From: Waterburya sp.
Lineage (GTDB): Bacteria > Cyanobacteriota > Cyanobacteriia > Cyanobacteriales > Xenococcaceae
DNA length: 64,000 nt
Assembly: GCA_965217895.1 (NCBI GenBank)
Contig: CBDCJV010000002.1
Location: 896,001 to 960,000, forward strand
Direction: 5' to 3'
Position numbers and translations under genes: made by a program. The notes beneath the pieces were generated by a model. It worked only from the letters and a program-made list of their open reading frames with translations. It did no database searches and was not told the DNA's origin. Numbering within the stretch: position 1 is the stretch's first letter; every line of letters begins with the position of its first letter. Below, piece by piece: positions 59,353 through 64,000 of the stretch.

Positions 59353-60870
59353 TTGAGTAATGCTGTGGTGAAAATACTGCTGAGGAAAAAAAGTAGAGTA
59401 ATACTAGCAACTGCATCATTAATAATAGTGCTAGCGATCGCCTTTGTCCAGGGAGCAACAGAAAGGGTTGCAGCACAGTCGGCAGAAAAAATGCCGACAC
59501 AGATGCAGATGGTTACTTCCGCAGACTATCCTCCCTACGAGTTTAGAGATACCGCCTCTGGTAATAAAATTATTGGCTTTGACGTAGATATTGCTAGCTA
59601 CATTGCTGAGGAATTAAGGTTTGAATTAAAAATCACTGATACCGACTTTAATGGAATTATTCCTGCTTTACAATCGGGTCGAGCTGATTTTGCCATGGCT
59701 GGCATGACCCCAACCGCAGAGCGCAAAAAAAACGTAGACTTTTCAAAAATTTACTACGAGGCTAAAAACACAATTGTTGCAAAAAAGGGAAGCAACTTAA
59801 TTAAACCCCAAGATTTGGCAAATAAGACCGTCGGCGTGCAGCTTGGTTCTACTCAAGAAGAAGCGGCCAAAACCCTGACCAAAGAAGTAAAGGGGATGCA
59901 AACTAAGTCTCTTAACAAAACCAGTGAAATCATTCAAGAGGTGAAAGCAGGTCGAGTTGATGCCGCGATTATTGAAGATACTATCGCCAAAGGCTTTGTT
60001 GCTGCTAACCCCGATTTAGAATTCAAGACAATTCCCAATACCGAAGAGGCTGGTTCGGCGATCGCCTTTCCTAAAAATTCTCCCTTCGTTAATGATTTTA
60101 ACCGCGTTCTCGATAAAATGAAAGAAAATGGGAAACTTGAAAGTCTCGTCAACAAGTGGTTTGGTGACGGAAAAGAGACGGCAACACCAGCAGCAGGAGA
60201 AGCAAATAATAGTGCTTTATCATTTGCCCGAATCGCACCGAGTATTCCGTTTATCTTAAAGGGTCTGGGGACAACGCTGTTATTTACGGCTCTTTCGGCT
60301 TTTTTTGGCTTTATCTGGGGAACGATTCTTTCTCTATTCAAAATTTCTAATATTAAGCCTCTAACTTGGTTAGCTAACGCCTATACGTCTGTGTTTCGCG
60401 GTACGCCACTGCTATTGCAAATCGCGCTCGTTTACTACGCCACTCCACAGCTAACTGGCTATGATATTCCTGCCCTGGTAGCAGGGGTGATTACATTTAC
60501 ACTTAATTCAGGGGCTTATATTTCTGAGACAATTCGCGGTGGTATCCTCGCTGTAGATAAAGGACAAAGAGAAGCCGCGTTATCTCTAGGAGTTCCCTAT
60601 AAACCAATGATGCTGGATATTATTCTGCCCCAGGCAGTCAAAAACATATTACCCGCACTGGTCAATGAAAGTATTGCTTTACTTAAAGACTCGGCTTTAG
60701 TATCTACTATTGGTGTTGCCGATCTATTGCGTCGCGCTCAGATTGTCGGCGCAGAAAAGTATATATATTTTGAACCGCTACTATTTGCTGGCGCGGTTTA
60801 TTACGTAATGGTTATGTTCTTAACTTGGGGGGGCTATGCACTCGAACAAAGATTACAAAGAAGCAGTTAG
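59353..60870 (+). CDS. polar amino-acid ABC transporter, fused substrate-binding and permease (BgtB-like)
   Basis: SADYPPYEF, TPTAERKK.VDFS; FRGTPLL, SGAYISE.IRGGI, GQREAA..LG. Confidence 0.9.
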   Translation: MSNAVVKILLRKKSRVILATASLIIVLAIAFVQGATERVAAQSAEKMPTQMQMVTSADYPPYEFRDTASGNKIIGFDVDIASYIAEELRFELKITDTDFNGIIPALQSGRADFAMAGMTPTAERKKNVDFSKIYYEAKNTIVAKKGSNLIKPQDLANKTVGVQLGSTQEEAAKTLTKEVKGMQTKSLNKTSEIIQEVKAGRVDAAIIEDTIAKGFVAANPDLEFKTIPNTEEAGSAIAFPKNSPFVNDFNRVLDKMKENGKLESLVNKWFGDGKETATPAAGEANNSALSFARIAPSIPFILKGLGTTLLFTALSAFFGFIWGTILSLFKISNIKPLTWLANAYTSVFRGTPLLLQIALVYYATPQLTGYDIPALVAGVITFTLNSGAYISETIRGGILAVDKGQREAALSLGVPYKPMMLDIILPQAVKNILPALVNESIALLKDSALVSTIGVADLLRRAQIVGAEKYIYFEPLLFAGAVYYVMVMFLTWGGYALEQRLQRSS

Positions 60871-61585
60871 AGTCGAAAATTTATCCAAATCCTTTGGCAA
60901 ATTGCAAGTTCTTAAAGAGATATCTACTACGGTTGGCAAAGGAGAGGTGGTGGCAATTATCGGTCCTTCTGGTTCGGGGAAATCAACCTTTTTGCGCTGT
61001 CTAAATTTACTAGAAACTCCGACATCTGGGAAGGTTTATATTGAGGGAGCAGATATTACTAATCCTAAAACGGACATACTAAAATTGCGACAAAAGGTGG
61101 GCATGGTATTTCAACATTTCAACCTTTTTCCCCACATGACGGTGTTGGAGAATGTAACTTACGCCCCAATTAAAGTTAGAAATGTCACTACAGTCAAGGC
61201 GCGGGCTAAGGCGACAGACTTGCTAACACAGGTTGGGCTACCAGAGAAGGCAGACACCTATCCAGTCAAGCTATCAGGAGGACAAAAACAGCGAGTAGCG
61301 ATCGCACGGGCATTAGCGATGGAACCAGAAGTAATGTTATTTGACGAACCGACTTCCGCCCTCGATCCAGAAACGGTTAAAGAAGTGCTTGAGGCGATGC
61401 AAAATTTAGCTAAGACTGGAATTACAATGGCAGTTGTCACCCACGAAATGGGCTTTGCGCGGGAAGTAGCTAATCGCATTTTATTTCTCGATGAAGGGCG
61501 ACTGGCGGAAGATTCACCGCCCAGCAAGTTTTTTACTAATCCAGAATGCGATCGCGCTCGTCAGTTTCTCGAAAAAATGCTCTAA
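60836..61585 (+). CDS. polar amino-acid ABC transporter ATP-binding subunit
   Basis: [38 protein letters not shown]. Confidence 0.93.
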   Translation: MHSNKDYKEAVRVENLSKSFGKLQVLKEISTTVGKGEVVAIIGPSGSGKSTFLRCLNLLETPTSGKVYIEGADITNPKTDILKLRQKVGMVFQHFNLFPHMTVLENVTYAPIKVRNVTTVKARAKATDLLTQVGLPEKADTYPVKLSGGQKQRVAIARALAMEPEVMLFDEPTSALDPETVKEVLEAMQNLAKTGITMAVVTHEMGFAREVANRILFLDEGRLAEDSPPSKFFTNPECDRARQFLEKML

Positions 61586-61755
61586 CTTTTGGCTTTAATT
61601 ACCAGATTTGATTTAAATTTAGACGTTGCCGAAAAATAACGATAAATATTTCAATTATGAAATATGAAATGTCCAAAGCGTGGTTAGATAAAAAGAATAA
61701 GGTTTGGCTCTAGACAGTAGTTAACCATTGAAAACCAGGAATTATTCTTTAAACT

Positions 61756-62631
61756 TTGGGCGATCGCAGCAACTCTAGTTTTCATAACATGAATTTAAAT
61801 CTCGTATCTTTTCTCAGCAGCAGCATATTTTTCTTGACGATGGCTACATCGGCTACATCTGAGCCTGTTCTTAACAAAATTCAACGGACAGGGGTATTAA
61901 ACGTTGCCATTAGAGAAGATGCACCGCCTTTTGGCTATTTAGATGCCAGTAACAATCAACAAGGATACTGTCTTGATTTTTTTGCTCTTTTAAAAAAGCA
62001 GCTAACCGAAAAATTACAGCGCAATACTTTGAGTACTAAATTATTTAAGTCCACCCCCGCAAACCGCTTTACTCTGGTAGGTAATACAGTCGATCTAGAA
62101 TGTGGTCCTAACACTATTCGCTCAGACATACCAGAAGATACTAGTTTTTCGACTGGCTTTTTTGTTACGGGAACACAATTTCTGATTAAGCGAGAAAATA
62201 AAAATCGCCTCGATCTCAAAACTGATTTAGACGGTGCAAAACTAGGAGTAATTAGTAATACGACAACGGCAGATTTGATTGCTAAAAAATATTCTGGTGC
62301 TACCATTGAAAAGTACGCTGGCGTAACTGCAAGAACTAGAGGAATACAGGCAGTCGAGCAAAACAAGATCGACGCGATGATTAGCGACGGTATTTTGTTG
62401 CGTGCTGCTGCACAACAGCAGGGATTATCTTCAACCCAATATCCCCTCGTACCAAAAATTCCTTTAACTTGCGATCGCTATGGCATGATTATTAAAGGAA
62501 AAGATCCTCAATGGCGAGATTTTATTGATTCTCTAATCAACAGTCCTGAAGCAGCAAGTTTATCTAATGCTTGGTTTGGTCAACTGTATAACTACACCTT
62601 GAATGTTAAGGATTTTTGTCAGCAAAATTAA
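61756..62631 (+). CDS. amino-acid ABC transporter substrate-binding protein
   Basis: IQRTGVLNVAIREDAPPFGY, GYCLD, DLECGPNTI, SDGILL. Confidence 0.85.
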   Translation: MGDRSNSSFHNMNLNLVSFLSSSIFFLTMATSATSEPVLNKIQRTGVLNVAIREDAPPFGYLDASNNQQGYCLDFFALLKKQLTEKLQRNTLSTKLFKSTPANRFTLVGNTVDLECGPNTIRSDIPEDTSFSTGFFVTGTQFLIKRENKNRLDLKTDLDGAKLGVISNTTTADLIAKKYSGATIEKYAGVTARTRGIQAVEQNKIDAMISDGILLRAAAQQQGLSSTQYPLVPKIPLTCDRYGMIIKGKDPQWRDFIDSLINSPEAASLSNAWFGQLYNYTLNVKDFCQQN

Positions 62632-62799
62632 TAGTCTTAATTGATCGCTGCGATCGCGAGGCAGCCGAAGATTCTTCTAGTGGTGAGGCGATCGCACGTA
62701 GAGATTCTCTAAATCGTCGGCAGAATTACGAGCCTCGCTCTCGGTCTGTAAGAATACCCGATAGCTGCGTCCCTCCAGAGTAAAATCGTTAATAAGTAC

Positions 62800-63837
62800 C
62801 TATGCAAAATTAATTACATAGCGATCGCCGAAATCTCGCAAAATATGTTCGACGTGATGAGTTAAATGCTTCCAGCTTGTGTAAGCTTGAGCTTCGATCC
62901 ATTCATATTTCATAAATCGCCACAAAATTTCTATTAAGTTCAGTTGAGGAGAATAGGTTGGCAACCAAAAGATTTCCATTTTCTGCTTACGCCATTGTGC
63001 TATCTTTTTCCGAAATGCTAGTGAGCGATGAATGGGGGCATTGTCTAAAACTACTACCGTGGATTTGTTGATTTGTTGAACATATAAATCCAAAAATTTA
63101 ATTACTACTTCACTAATGTAAGAATATAACTCGTTTTCTCTATTTAAAAGACCTAGAATATTTAGTCGTTTACTTTGTTTGCTATCTATTCCCACTTGCT
63201 GTTTTGTTTCTTGCCAAGCGTAGGGAACATAAGGAGTGAGACAGAATCCTGTTTCGTCCAAATAGCTTAAATCTATACTTCCCTGCTGTGATAACCTTTG
63301 TAAAGCTTTGAGAATTTGCTTTTTGACTTCGTACATCTTTTTGTCTGGTTGCCCATTGGTTACTTTTCTCACTCTCTTCCATTTCATTGCCAGACATTTT
63401 AGAATTCTTTTAACTGTGTCTTTGCTAGCAACTATTCCCCATTCTTCTCTGATTTTTTCAATTACCTGCTTAAGGTTTTTCGGATTTTGTGTAACCCACT
63501 TTTTAATCTGCTGTTTTTGTGGCGTACTAAAAATTTCTTTTCTTCCTCTTCCAAGCCGATTATACAAACCTACTAATTTGTACTTTGACCAGTTATTTTT
63601 CCAGTTGTATATTGTTTTTCGGCTAACTCCAAAGATTTCAATTAGTTCTTCCAGCTCGTATCTTGAGTCGATCAGCAATATACAGTGCGCTCTAGCTCTT
63701 ACTTGATAGTTTTTACTTTGGCCGCGAGAGAGGCTTTCGGTCAGAAAGCATCTCTAATCGCGGTGTTGACGATACAATCGCCATAATATTTTGACTGTTT
63801 CTGAACTCAGTTTTCCCTCTAAATGCACTCTTTTCAC
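62800..63837 (-). pseudogene. IS630 transposase interrupted near its N-terminus
   Basis: GTG 63837 ...LWRLYR[48-nt insert with TAG]QSKNYQVRARAHCILL...; DDE motifs YLDETGF, VLDNAPIH, YSPQLNLIE. Confidence 0.88.
63721..63768 (-). mobile_element. 48-nt CAAC+hairpin micro-element inserted in the IS630 transposase
   Basis: Minus strand CAAC ACCGCGA TT AGAG AT GCTTTC TGACC GAAAGC CTCT C TCGCGGC, followed by CAA. Confidence 0.85.
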
Positions 63838-64000
63838 TCTCGTTTTGACTTTCTATTTACCAGTGTAATTAATTTTGCTTGACCACTTATGTTGAGAACT
63901 AACCAAAGCACTAATGGTTTGGAGTGCCGACTCAAAATCAACATTCAGAGCTTCAAGGCGATCGCGATTGATGTCTACCTGTAGTTGAGGCGTACTGGCT

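Larger units (their letters stand above)
62793..63889 (-). mobile_element. IS630-family insertion sequence (inactivated)
   Basis: TIRs TAAGTACCTATGCAAAATTAATTACA / TGTAATTAATTTTGCTTGACCACTTA, TA at both ends. Confidence 0.9.

Noticed and set aside
763..63706. Many short ORFs antisense to or nested in genes (e.g. 763-1014, 4095-4409, 15650-15973, 50973-51371, 59934-60341, 63308-63706)
   Set aside because: They overlap well-supported genes and have no recognisable motifs

Overview
Chromosomal window from a cyanobacterium. Evidence: psbO, psbI, petN, sigF, cyanophycinase and very frequent HIP1 (GCGATCGC) sites in an AT-rich background; Pleurocapsales-like is only a guess. Most of it is housekeeping or stress genes: proA, ctpC-like protease, gcvT, SUI1, tRNA-Leu(CAA), Mn-catalase, PGM, argC and a polar amino-acid ABC system. 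The main feature is a divergent RiPP locus at about 1.9-12.6 kb. Its export arm (- strand) encodes an IS630-derived HTH protein, a C39-peptidase ABC transporter, a receiver-domain-HlyD fusion and a PPIase-like protein. Its biosynthetic arm (+ strand) encodes a double-glycine precursor with a (GGSKGSK)n core and a Cys/Pro tail, an APH-fold kinase (LanK-like), a HopA1/LanY-like protein whose usual basic motif residues appear replaced, and a 2OG-Fe(II) oxygenase. No cyclase or decarboxylase is present. I infer a possible secreted poly-phosphoserine/lysine, silaffin-like peptide rather than a class V lanthipeptide. Second, a family of 48-nt CAAC+hairpin micro-elements, conserved in structure but not sequence, has inserted into and inactivated both full-length IS transposases in the window (IS982 and IS630). 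Several MITE families with identifiable TIRs and TSDs are also present. All calls come from reading motifs by eye; no searches were run.
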